Part shown: in pieces, positions 7,120 through 13,368 of the stretch
Layout: every line of letters starts with the position of its first letter
Position numbering within the stretch: position 1 is the stretch's first letter
Assembly (NCBI GenBank): GCA_048882045.1
Contig: JBHLRZ010000012.1
Coordinates: forward strand, 74,112 to 87,479
Length of the DNA stretch: 13,368 nt
Direction: 5' to 3'
Source: Candidatus Thorarchaeota archaeon
GTDB taxonomy: Archaea > Asgardarchaeota > Thorarchaeia > Thorarchaeales > Thorarchaeaceae
The notes under the pieces: generated by a model
Seen by the model: only the letters and a program-made list of their open reading frames with translations
Databases searched by the model: none
Told to the model about the DNA's origin: nothing
Program-made: the position numbers and the translations under genes

Positions 7120-9633
7120 ATGGGAATGACGTTAAATCAGATTCGAAAACTGATATTACAGAGAGAGTTCGATCTGGCTTTAGAAGAAATCTCTCAACTT
7201 CCAGATGCAGATAGAATAGAGGGTCAGACCTACAAGGGGATTGTTCTATCCAAACAGAACAATTTCACTGAGGCATTGTCTGTTGTTGATCAAATCCTGT
7301 CTGAGGATGATATCAAACCCTCCCATGAATTCATAGCCAGAATTGGCAAGATAATTATCTTTTTGAGAATGCGGAACTACCCAGGCATATTCGTTGAGAT
7401 GGAATCCTGTGATCAGCTCTTGGGTCGAATGGACAAGAATGAGCGTGCAAGTATCAAGAGGTGGGAGGGACACCTGCTCTCTACGAAGGGAATGTTTCAT
7501 GTTGTAAGCGGAGAGCAGGATGAAGCGGTCGAGAACTATTCCCTGAGTGCTGAGCTTTTTGACAAGGTGGGTGATAAGTATGACCAGCTCTTACAGATTA
7601 TCAACATAAGTTGGATTTACCGTGCTCAAGGACTCCTAGATCAAGCCTTAGATTACTCAATCCGACAATTGAAAATCAGTGAGGATATCGGTGAGGAAAG
7701 ATACCTTGGATGGTCAAACTTCAACATAGGGATGATTTATTTCTACAAGGCAGACCTGGTCAAGGCAGCACATCACGCAGAGATTGGAGAACAAATCTTC
7801 AGAGAGATTGGCCATCAAGAGGGTCTCACTACGATTCAAACCCTCATTGGTTCCGTATATCGAAGTACAGGGGACTTCGCCAAAGCTCTTGCTTTTTATG
7901 ATGAAGTCATGCAGAGATACAAAGAAACCTTGGGCACCGACGAACCACTACCTCACAGCTGTTGCCTTGCCTATAGAGACTCCGGCATCATATACATGTA
8001 TCAAAACAGACTCGACAGAGCAATAGACTTCTTCGAAAAGGGTTTAGAAGTACATAGAAAGAGGTGTAAGCTTCGGAATACAGTCATCGATTACGAGATA
8101 ACGGTCGCTAATCTTTACTCTGTATATGCGAAGACGATGAAGGGCGACACGGACAATCTCCAGGAACACGTCGAAGATATCCGAAGAACTGCCGAACAAT
8201 ACCCATGGCTTGATGTATTCTCTAAGACAACAGAGGCATTCATACTCCAAAACAAACCACGAGCGAAAGACAAAGCAAAAGCCCTAGAGTTGTATGAAGA
8301 GGTTCTCGATGAGAAGTTTGACTATGAATTGGAGTTGTTCATTCAAGTCCACCTTAGTGAATTATTACTTGATGAATTGAAACTCTATGGTGAAGAGTCG
8401 GTCCTTAATGAGCTCAAAGATGTCTTGTCGAGGATATCTGAAACAGCCGACAAACAGCGTTCAATCATCTCACTCATCTGGTTGTATATTCTCCAAGCAA
8501 AATTGGCAGTCATCGAAGGAGATACTGAACATGCAGAAGGTCTCCTCGACAGGGCTCTGACCATAACTGAAGAGAAGGATCTGGCTCTCTTATCCCATCA
8601 AGTCAGAGCAGAACAGCAACTTGTTTCAGATCAGTTGAAAGAGTGGAAAACACTCTTCGTACAGAACGCAACAATTCAAGAACAAATCGAGCTCCTACAG
8701 TTGAAGGAGTATATTACTGAAGCAGTTACATCAATCCTAGAGAAGAGGTTCGAATCAGCCGACAAATTCAAGCTTGTCTTCAGAAACCTCTTGAAGGATA
8801 GAACACCTGTTGAATCATGTCGTGTGGGAGTGGCTCAAATCGGTCTGAGTGACGGTAATAATCTCTTAGAGGAGTATTTCTTCGAGATTGCCCCAGGGAT
8901 ATTCCGACTTAAAGATGAGAAGGTAGAATCTGTTAGAAAGCGTGTAGTCGAACTTGTAGATGAAGCAGTAAAAAACAATGTCAACATCCTTCTGTTTCCT
9001 GAACTGAGCATTGACTTGGGACATCAATCACTCTACAAGATCTTGAGTGACCTTTCCTCGCAACACAACATGTACATCATTCCAGGTTCGTACCACGATA
9101 CTAAGAACAAGAAGAATACTAGTACTGTCTTCAGCCCCGATGGAATTCTATGGGAGCAAGAGAAACACATTCCAGCCACCATTCATTTCAAAGGAAACAG
9201 GATTGAAGAAGGGATTGAAGTTGGTGAACGTCCCCACCAAGTTGTAGTATCTGACACTGAATACGGAAGGATTGCTATTGCCATTTGTCGGGATTTTCTG
9301 GATCTTGATCTTCGTGTCGAATTAAAGAACAGCGAGCAACCAATTGATATCATACTGAATCCCGCTTTCACTCCAGTCACAGCAGATTTCAAAGCAGCTC
9401 ACTTTGATGCCCGTCGTTCCATCTATGCATACTGCTTCTTTGCAAATGTGGCTGAATTTGGTAATTCCTCCATCTACACACCAGAGAAAGAGCGGACAGA
9501 GTATGAAGTACCTGCAAAACAAGAAGGCTTGATTTTCAAGGATGTCGATCTGTTCAAACTAAGGTCAGAACGTAGGAAATGGGAGAAGAAACACACAAAG
9601 AACCGCCAATTCATTCAGAGCACACGCAGTTAG
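7120..9633 (+). CDS. TPR-repeat protein fused to a C-terminal carbon-nitrogen hydrolase (nitrilase-fold) domain
   Basis: The N-terminal ~500 aa are TPR-like helices (e.g. IGSVYRSTGDFAKALAFY). The C-terminal domain has an intact Glu-Lys-Cys triad: LLFPELS, EQEKHIP, IAICRDF. Confidence 0.85.
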   Translation: MGMTLNQIRKLILQREFDLALEEISQLPDADRIEGQTYKGIVLSKQNNFTEALSVVDQILSEDDIKPSHEFIARIGKIIIFLRMRNYPGIFVEMESCDQLLGRMDKNERASIKRWEGHLLSTKGMFHVVSGEQDEAVENYSLSAELFDKVGDKYDQLLQIINISWIYRAQGLLDQALDYSIRQLKISEDIGEERYLGWSNFNIGMIYFYKADLVKAAHHAEIGEQIFREIGHQEGLTTIQTLIGSVYRSTGDFAKALAFYDEVMQRYKETLGTDEPLPHSCCLAYRDSGIIYMYQNRLDRAIDFFEKGLEVHRKRCKLRNTVIDYEITVANLYSVYAKTMKGDTDNLQEHVEDIRRTAEQYPWLDVFSKTTEAFILQNKPRAKDKAKALELYEEVLDEKFDYELELFIQVHLSELLLDELKLYGEESVLNELKDVLSRISETADKQRSIISLIWLYILQAKLAVIEGDTEHAEGLLDRALTITEEKDLALLSHQVRAEQQLVSDQLKEWKTLFVQNATIQEQIELLQLKEYITEAVTSILEKRFESADKFKLVFRNLLKDRTPVESCRVGVAQIGLSDGNNLLEEYFFEIAPGIFRLKDEKVESVRKRVVELVDEAVKNNVNILLFPELSIDLGHQSLYKILSDLSSQHNMYIIPGSYHDTKNKKNTSTVFSPDGILWEQEKHIPATIHFKGNRIEEGIEVGERPHQVVVSDTEYGRIAIAICRDFLDLDLRVELKNSEQPIDIILNPAFTPVTADFKAAHFDARRSIYAYCFFANVAEFGNSSIYTPEKERTEYEVPAKQEGLIFKDVDLFKLRSERRKWEKKHTKNRQFIQSTRS

Positions 9634-9660
9634 TTTCCACAAAGATTAACGAAAACCAAC

Positions 9661-9680
9661 TTCTAGTAGTTAAACTAGAA
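9661..9680. repeat. Inverted repeat downstream of the TPR-nitrilase gene
   Basis: TTCTAGT-AGTTAA-ACTAGAA, 7-bp arms, 27 nt after the stop at 9633. Confidence 0.4.
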
Positions 9681-9710
9681 ACTCCTGAGTTGTTGAATAC
9701 TTGGTGAGGG

Positions 9711-9726
9711 AGGGGAAATTTCCCCT
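9711..9726 (-). terminator. 16-bp perfect palindrome 7 nt downstream of the stop of rps19 fragment copy 2
   Basis: AGGGGAAATTTCCCCT is self-complementary. The function is inferred from position. Confidence 0.5.
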
Positions 9727-9733
9727 GTGTCAA

Positions 9734-9796
9734 TTATTTCAGTGGTACATAGGCTGAAGACTTTGTGGCTCCGATTCCGGGGTTGCCATGTTTCGC
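9734..9796 (-). pseudogene. rps19: rps19 3'-end fragment, copy 2 (proximal)
   Basis: Encodes (A)KHGNPGIGATKSSAYVPLK*. The last 19 aa are identical to uS19. It matches 49/60 nt, with all 11 differences at third codon positions. Confidence 0.93.
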
Positions 9797-9820
9797 CCTT
9801 CCCATCGGGGAGCCAAGTAA

Positions 9821-10582
9821 TCACCCTGAGATGATTCCAAATTCGATATCATTGACTACCATCTGCAAGTCCGATGATATTTGAATTTCAATCGAGTTTT
9901 CTTGAAAACAACTTCTAAGGATCTGTGCGGATATTTTGAATGATATATCCATGAAAATCTCCAAGCCCTGAATACCAAGAGATTCCAATCCCTCCAAGAG
10001 ATTAGGTGAGTAATAATCATCAGTAATTCGATATCTCTCGAGGTTCACCGATTCATTATCTCCCCGTAGTACAATTTGTCCCTCAAAGATTCCAGAGTAA
10101 AAATCGAGTAGAAGTGACCATGATTCATTGGTGAATGATTCAAATTCAGTCCATTGAAAATAGAAACTGTGTGCACCTCTGCTCTCCAACAAGTCATGAA
10201 GTGCCCCTGACCCGTTACTTTGGTATTCTCCATATTGCTCTCTCCAATCAATGTGGATACCATACACATCCTTCTGAATTCCTGGGGCTTCCCAATGATA
10301 CTGTAGAGTCGTTTCATCTACCGTCGAGTTTGATTTGAAGTCTAGAATGATATCTAGTTCAATCTGTGTCGGTAGTGGAATATTGAGGACTACTACAATG
10401 GTGGTAGGGACAATAACTCCCACAATGACAACAAGAGCGACATATTTGCTAAAGAGAGCAGGGTTCTGTCTTCTGATTCTTGATCCTGCATATACGACTA
10501 GTACTAGAAGAAGTATAACTACCCCCAAACCTGAAAACGCAAATCCAAATTGTGTTTGCATAATTCCTATACAAACTCCCAC
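9821..10582 (-). CDS. Hypothetical membrane-anchored protein (N-terminal TM helices plus soluble domain), possibly 5'-truncated
   Basis: 253 aa ORF with two clear hydrophobic helices followed by an acidic polar domain. The GTG start has no obvious SD. Confidence 0.6.
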   Translation of the reverse strand: MGVCIGIMQTQFGFAFSGLGVVILLLVLVVYAGSRIRRQNPALFSKYVALVVIVGVIVPTTIVVVLNIPLPTQIELDIILDFKSNSTVDETTLQYHWEAPGIQKDVYGIHIDWREQYGEYQSNGSGALHDLLESRGAHSFYFQWTEFESFTNESWSLLLDFYSGIFEGQIVLRGDNESVNLERYRITDDYYSPNLLEGLESLGIQGLEIFMDISFKISAQILRSCFQENSIEIQISSDLQMVVNDIEFGIISG

Positions 10583-10646
10583 ACAACGATAGGATACCTA
10601 GTGTCTAGAATGATATTAGATTTGTGTAAATTCAGAAACAACTGGT

Positions 10647-10664
10647 AGGAGCACAATTGCTCCT
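10647..10664 (-). terminator. Stem-loop 10 nt downstream of the rps19 stop
   Basis: AGGAGCA-CAAT-TGCTCCT has perfect 7-bp arms and is imperfectly extendable to 10638-10673. Confidence 0.55.
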
Positions 10665-10674
10665 TACTGTTGTA

Positions 10675-11085
10675 TTATTTTAGCGGTACGTAAGCAGAAG
10701 ACTTTGTAGCACCGATACCTGGATTACCATGTTTCACAGGTTTTCCGGTATTCGAAAATTCTCCTAACACATGTCCGATCATCTGAGGGATGATCTTGAT
10801 TCGGTTGAAGTCTTTACCATTGTGAACAGCTATGGTGAGGTCCACCATCTCCGGAAGAATTACCATGTCACGACAGTGTGTGCGAACGACCACTTCCTTC
10901 CCCTTCCTTTGCTGCTTCCTGGCTGCCCTGAGCTTCATGAGCAGTTTCTTCTGACGTGGGGGTAGGCCGCGTTTGAGTGTCCTTCTCCTGCGTGTTGGGA
11001 GGAGCTCGATCAATGAATCCATGTTCATCTTAGCAAGCTCTGACAGGGGATACCCACGGTACATTGGTTCGCCTTTTTGTGACAT
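10675..11085 (-). CDS. rps19: 30S ribosomal protein uS19 (archaeal S19P / eukaryotic S15 type)
   Basis: 136 aa with YRG..L.EL, RRTLKRGL, VRTHCRDMVILPEMV, HNGKDF, MIGHVLGEFS and KHGNPGIGATKSS.YVPLK. GGTGG lies upstream of the ATG. Confidence 0.98.
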   Translation of the reverse strand: MSQKGEPMYRGYPLSELAKMNMDSLIELLPTRRRRTLKRGLPPRQKKLLMKLRAARKQQRKGKEVVVRTHCRDMVILPEMVDLTIAVHNGKDFNRIKIIPQMIGHVLGEFSNTGKPVKHGNPGIGATKSSAYVPLK

Positions 11086-11178
11086 TTTACCACCAGATGT
11101 GATATACGGAGTTGGTTGTGACCATGCACAACTGTGCTGAACCCGAGAGGTGTGAATTTAAGCATTGCGTACTGGTCA

Positions 11179-11718
11179 TCATTCTGGGCGGCGTATGACA
11201 TTTCCGTCATCGTCAATCATTCCCGCCTTTCTCATCGCCACCCTGACCCAACCCATGGTTTCCTCTAGACCGGGGTCTCTGATTAGAGCAAGCTTAGCCA
11301 GTCGAATAGCCTCTTCCCATCTCTCCAGTTCGTAGTTGATTTCTGCCATGTGAAGGATAGCCAGTGGTTGACGTTCTTCAATTTCTATTGCCTTCTCAAA
11401 GGTTACTAATGACTCCTCCAACATGCCCAACTTTCGTTGAGTCACACCCAGATTGAAAACTGGTACTGGGTCTTCTGAATCCAGTTTCGCTGCTGTATTG
11501 AGGTGGGCTAACGCTTCAATCGTCTGAGGGCTGTCCTTTGTTGGGTCCTCCTGTGCTTCCATCAGTGCGATTGCAAGAGTCACATGAGCATTCAGGTGGT
11601 CCGGATTTAGCTCGACAATCTTTTCAAGCGCCTCGATAGCACCAGCAGCATCTCCATTTGCTAGAAGTCTTGCAGCGGCCTGGTATTTTTTGTCCTTAGA
11701 ACGTCTAAATAGAGGCAT
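11179..11718 (-). CDS. Tetratricopeptide repeat protein
   Basis: 179 aa with about 4 TPR motifs (AIEALEKIVELNPDH; FNLGVTQRKLGMLEES..FEKAIEIE; MAEINYELERWEEA). Confidence 0.85.
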   Translation of the reverse strand: MPLFRRSKDKKYQAAARLLANGDAAGAIEALEKIVELNPDHLNAHVTLAIALMEAQEDPTKDSPQTIEALAHLNTAAKLDSEDPVPVFNLGVTQRKLGMLEESLVTFEKAIEIEERQPLAILHMAEINYELERWEEAIRLAKLALIRDPGLEETMGWVRVAMRKAGMIDDDGNVIRRPE

Positions 11719-11809
11719 CTAAAACCACGAAATCTCAAAGTTGTGTTAGCTCTTAAGTCATGACCTATTTGCATTTGGTCAATCTTTACAGTATATGAAA
11801 ATGAGATGA

Positions 11810-11827
11810 TAGGGCCTTGCGGCCCTA
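11810..11827 (-). terminator. GNRA-tetraloop hairpin downstream of the small membrane protein gene
   Basis: Minus strand TAGGGCC-GCAA-GGCCCTA, 24 nt after the stop at 11852. Confidence 0.55.
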
Positions 11828-11851
11828 CTCTGGAATCTGGTAGAGTATTTT

Positions 11852-12163
11852 CTACTCTTCGGATGCCGCCTCTTCCTCATCGAAATCGAAGTCTTCGAGT
11901 GGCTCCGGAGCGGGAGTAGTGACCATTGTCCAGCCTATCCACATTGCTATGACCATGATCAGCACCACACCTAGCCAGATTGGCAGGTAGACGAGGATCA
12001 GAGGATCGGGATTGAATAGCCCTGCGAATATTCCGAAGTTGGCGTCAACCCATGTCCCCAAGTCAGGGAACCATTGTAGAATTACTATCACCCAGGTGTA
12101 GTACAGAAGCACCAGAAGTGCGAAGATGAAGATAAGGGCACCAATTATCTTTTCTTTTCCGAT
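11852..12163 (-). CDS. Small two-TM archaeal membrane protein, DPM2-like; probable non-canonical start
   Basis: The frame stays open upstream of the GTG at 12112, giving (I/M)GKEKIIGALIFIFALLVLLYYTWV...LPIWLGVVLIMVIAMWIGWTMVTTPAPEPLE plus an acidic tail. AGAGGAGAG lies upstream of ATC 12163. The family call is by eye. Confidence 0.7.
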   Translation of the reverse strand: MGKEKIIGALIFIFALLVLLYYTWVIVILQWFPDLGTWVDANFGIFAGLFNPDPLILVYLPIWLGVVLIMVIAMWIGWTMVTTPAPEPLEDFDFDEEEAASEE

Positions 12164-12377
12164 CGTGATTACTCTCCTCTATTTGTTAAAGGAACTAACT
12201 CGGTTAGCGCTTCCGCACTCATAAAAGGATTACGTAGGATATGAGCTCGTACAAAACGTAGGAAATCCAATTGCTACAGGAAAGAAAATCATTCATCATC
12301 ATTCGTACTCCTTATATTGAGGTCGCCCTCCGAAACGCCTGTAATCATATGACTATTGGAAGTGATATACACTGACG

Positions 12378-13166
12378 TTGAAGATTATCGTTCCAGTGAA
12401 GCAAGTCCCCGAGGTCGCGGACGTAAAAGTAGACGAAACCACTGGCACACTAATTAGAGATGGAGTTCCGAGTATACTGAACCCATTCGATGAGTTAGCA
12501 GTAGAAGCTGCTGTGCAGCTCAAAGAAAAGTATGGTGGAGAGGTCACCATCCTCACAATGGGTCCCCCCCAAGCAAAAGATGCCTTGCTCAAGGCCCTCG
12601 CCATGGGCGGAGATGCAGCCATTCATATGACTGATCGGGCTTTTGCTGGCGCTGACACTTGGGTCACGGCGCTAACGTTAGCTGAACAGATCAAGAAGAT
12701 GGAGTTTGACATCATCATATGTGGAAAACAGGCGATCGATGGTGACACTGCTCAGGTAGGTCCGGAGATGGCTGAACTTCTAAGTGTTCCACAGATTTGT
12801 TATGTCCGTCATCTAGAACTGAGTGAGGACGAGAAGTTCGTCATTGCACACAGGGAAACAGATGATGGCTATGATGTCGTCAGAGCAAAGATACCAGTCC
12901 TTCTTACTGCAACAAAGGGTCTGAATGAGCCAAGACTCCCCAACATAATGGGAATCATGCAGGCTAAGAAGAAACCCATGGAAATCGTTGATGCAGAAAC
13001 TCTGGGTTATGATGTGGATAAGTTGGGACTCAAGGGTTCTCCAACACAGGTGAGAAAGGTCTTCCCGCCAGAGAAAAAGAAGGGTGGTATCAAAGTAGAG
13101 GCTGAAGATCCAAAGGCTGCCGCTAAGGATCTTGTTGACTTCCTCGCAAAGAAGGGGGCGATCTAA
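12378..13166 (+). CDS. etfB: Electron transfer flavoprotein beta subunit
   Basis: Motifs VKQVP, LNPFDELAVEAA, TMGPPQA, DRAFAGADT, CGKQAIDGDTAQVGP, NEPRLP and GLKGSPTQV. TTG start. Confidence 0.96.
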   Translation: MKIIVPVKQVPEVADVKVDETTGTLIRDGVPSILNPFDELAVEAAVQLKEKYGGEVTILTMGPPQAKDALLKALAMGGDAAIHMTDRAFAGADTWVTALTLAEQIKKMEFDIIICGKQAIDGDTAQVGPEMAELLSVPQICYVRHLELSEDEKFVIAHRETDDGYDVVRAKIPVLLTATKGLNEPRLPNIMGIMQAKKKPMEIVDAETLGYDVDKLGLKGSPTQVRKVFPPEKKKGGIKVEAEDPKAAAKDLVDFLAKKGAI

Positions 13167-13167
13167 C

Positions 13168-13368
13168 ATGACTCTACATTATGATATTGACGCCTGTACT
13201 GGCTGCATGCTCTGTACAAAGGTCTGTAACTTCGGAGCCATCAAGAAGGTAGGTGACAAGGTAGAGTTCGACATGGACAAGTGCGTACTTTGTGGTTCAT
13301 GCGAAGAGGTCTGTAGAGACAACGCTATCAAAATCGAAAGAAAGGCAATCGACAAGGAGGCAATCGCA
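13168..13368 (+). CDS. etfA: N-terminal 2x[4Fe-4S] ferredoxin domain, probably of EtfA (truncated by window end)
   Basis: ATG 1 nt after the etfB stop. Translates as MTLHYDIDACTGCMLCTKVCNFGAIKKVGDKVEFDMDKCVLCGSCEEVCRDNAIKIERK..., with two CxxCxxCxxxC motifs, and stays open to the end. The etfA identity is inferred from position. Confidence 0.7.
   Translation, partial: MTLHYDIDACTGCMLCTKVCNFGAIKKVGDKVEFDMDKCVLCGSCEEVCRDNAIKIERKAIDKEAIA

Larger units (their letters stand above)
6944..10734 (-). mobile_element. Putative tandem cassette/island array delimited by direct repeats of the rps19 3' end
   Basis: Three co-oriented rps19 3' ends with stops at 10675, 9734 and 6944 (spacing 941 and 2790 bp), each interval holding one cargo gene. 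No recombinase gene is present in the window, so mobility is inferred. Confidence 0.55.

Noticed and set aside
6975-7214. 79-aa plus-strand ORF
   Set aside because: It is antisense to the rps19 fragment, overlaps the TPR gene out of frame, and has no recognisable features.
9821-9823. Selenocysteine readthrough at the TGA preceding the uS19-tail frame
   Set aside because: There is no redox motif context, no identifiable SECIS, and the frame match can be chance.
10340-10616. 14-bp direct repeat GTCTAGAATGATAT at 10340-10353 and 10603-10616
   Set aside because: One such match is plausible by chance in 13 kb, one copy lies inside a CDS, and no element is bounded by it.
6944-10734. CRISPR array or diversity-generating retroelement TR/VR interpretation of the repeats
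   Set aside because: The spacing is kilobases, the repeats are protein-coding, differences follow codon third positions rather than adenines, and no cas or reverse transcriptase gene is present.
11761-11781. TGACC-N11-GGTCA inverted repeat upstream of the TPR gene
   Set aside because: The 5-bp arms are too short to support an operator call without a second instance.

Overview
Archaeal chromosomal window, probably Asgard/Thorarchaeota-like. This is inferred from the archaeal-type uS19, archaeal SD motifs and TPR-rich proteins. Left part: a membrane pyrophosphatase gene (hppA, K+-independent signature) directly followed by an arsenosugar-type module (ArsS radical SAM, TIGR04282-like and TIGR04283-like glycosyltransferases), small membrane proteins and a GNAT-OB-fold fusion. 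Right part: a stand-alone rps19, a TPR protein, a DPM2-like two-TM protein that seems to use a non-canonical start, etfB, and the start of a ferredoxin-fused etfA. The most striking unannotated structure lies downstream of the intact rps19. Two extra copies of only its 3' end (9734-9796 and 6944-7027) sit in the same orientation, each with its own stop codon and post-stop hairpin. They bracket single cargo genes (a membrane protein and a TPR-nitrilase). One copy differs from the gene only at synonymous positions. This looks like a tandem array of gene cassettes acquired by repeated replacement of the rps19 3' end. No integrase is visible in the window.
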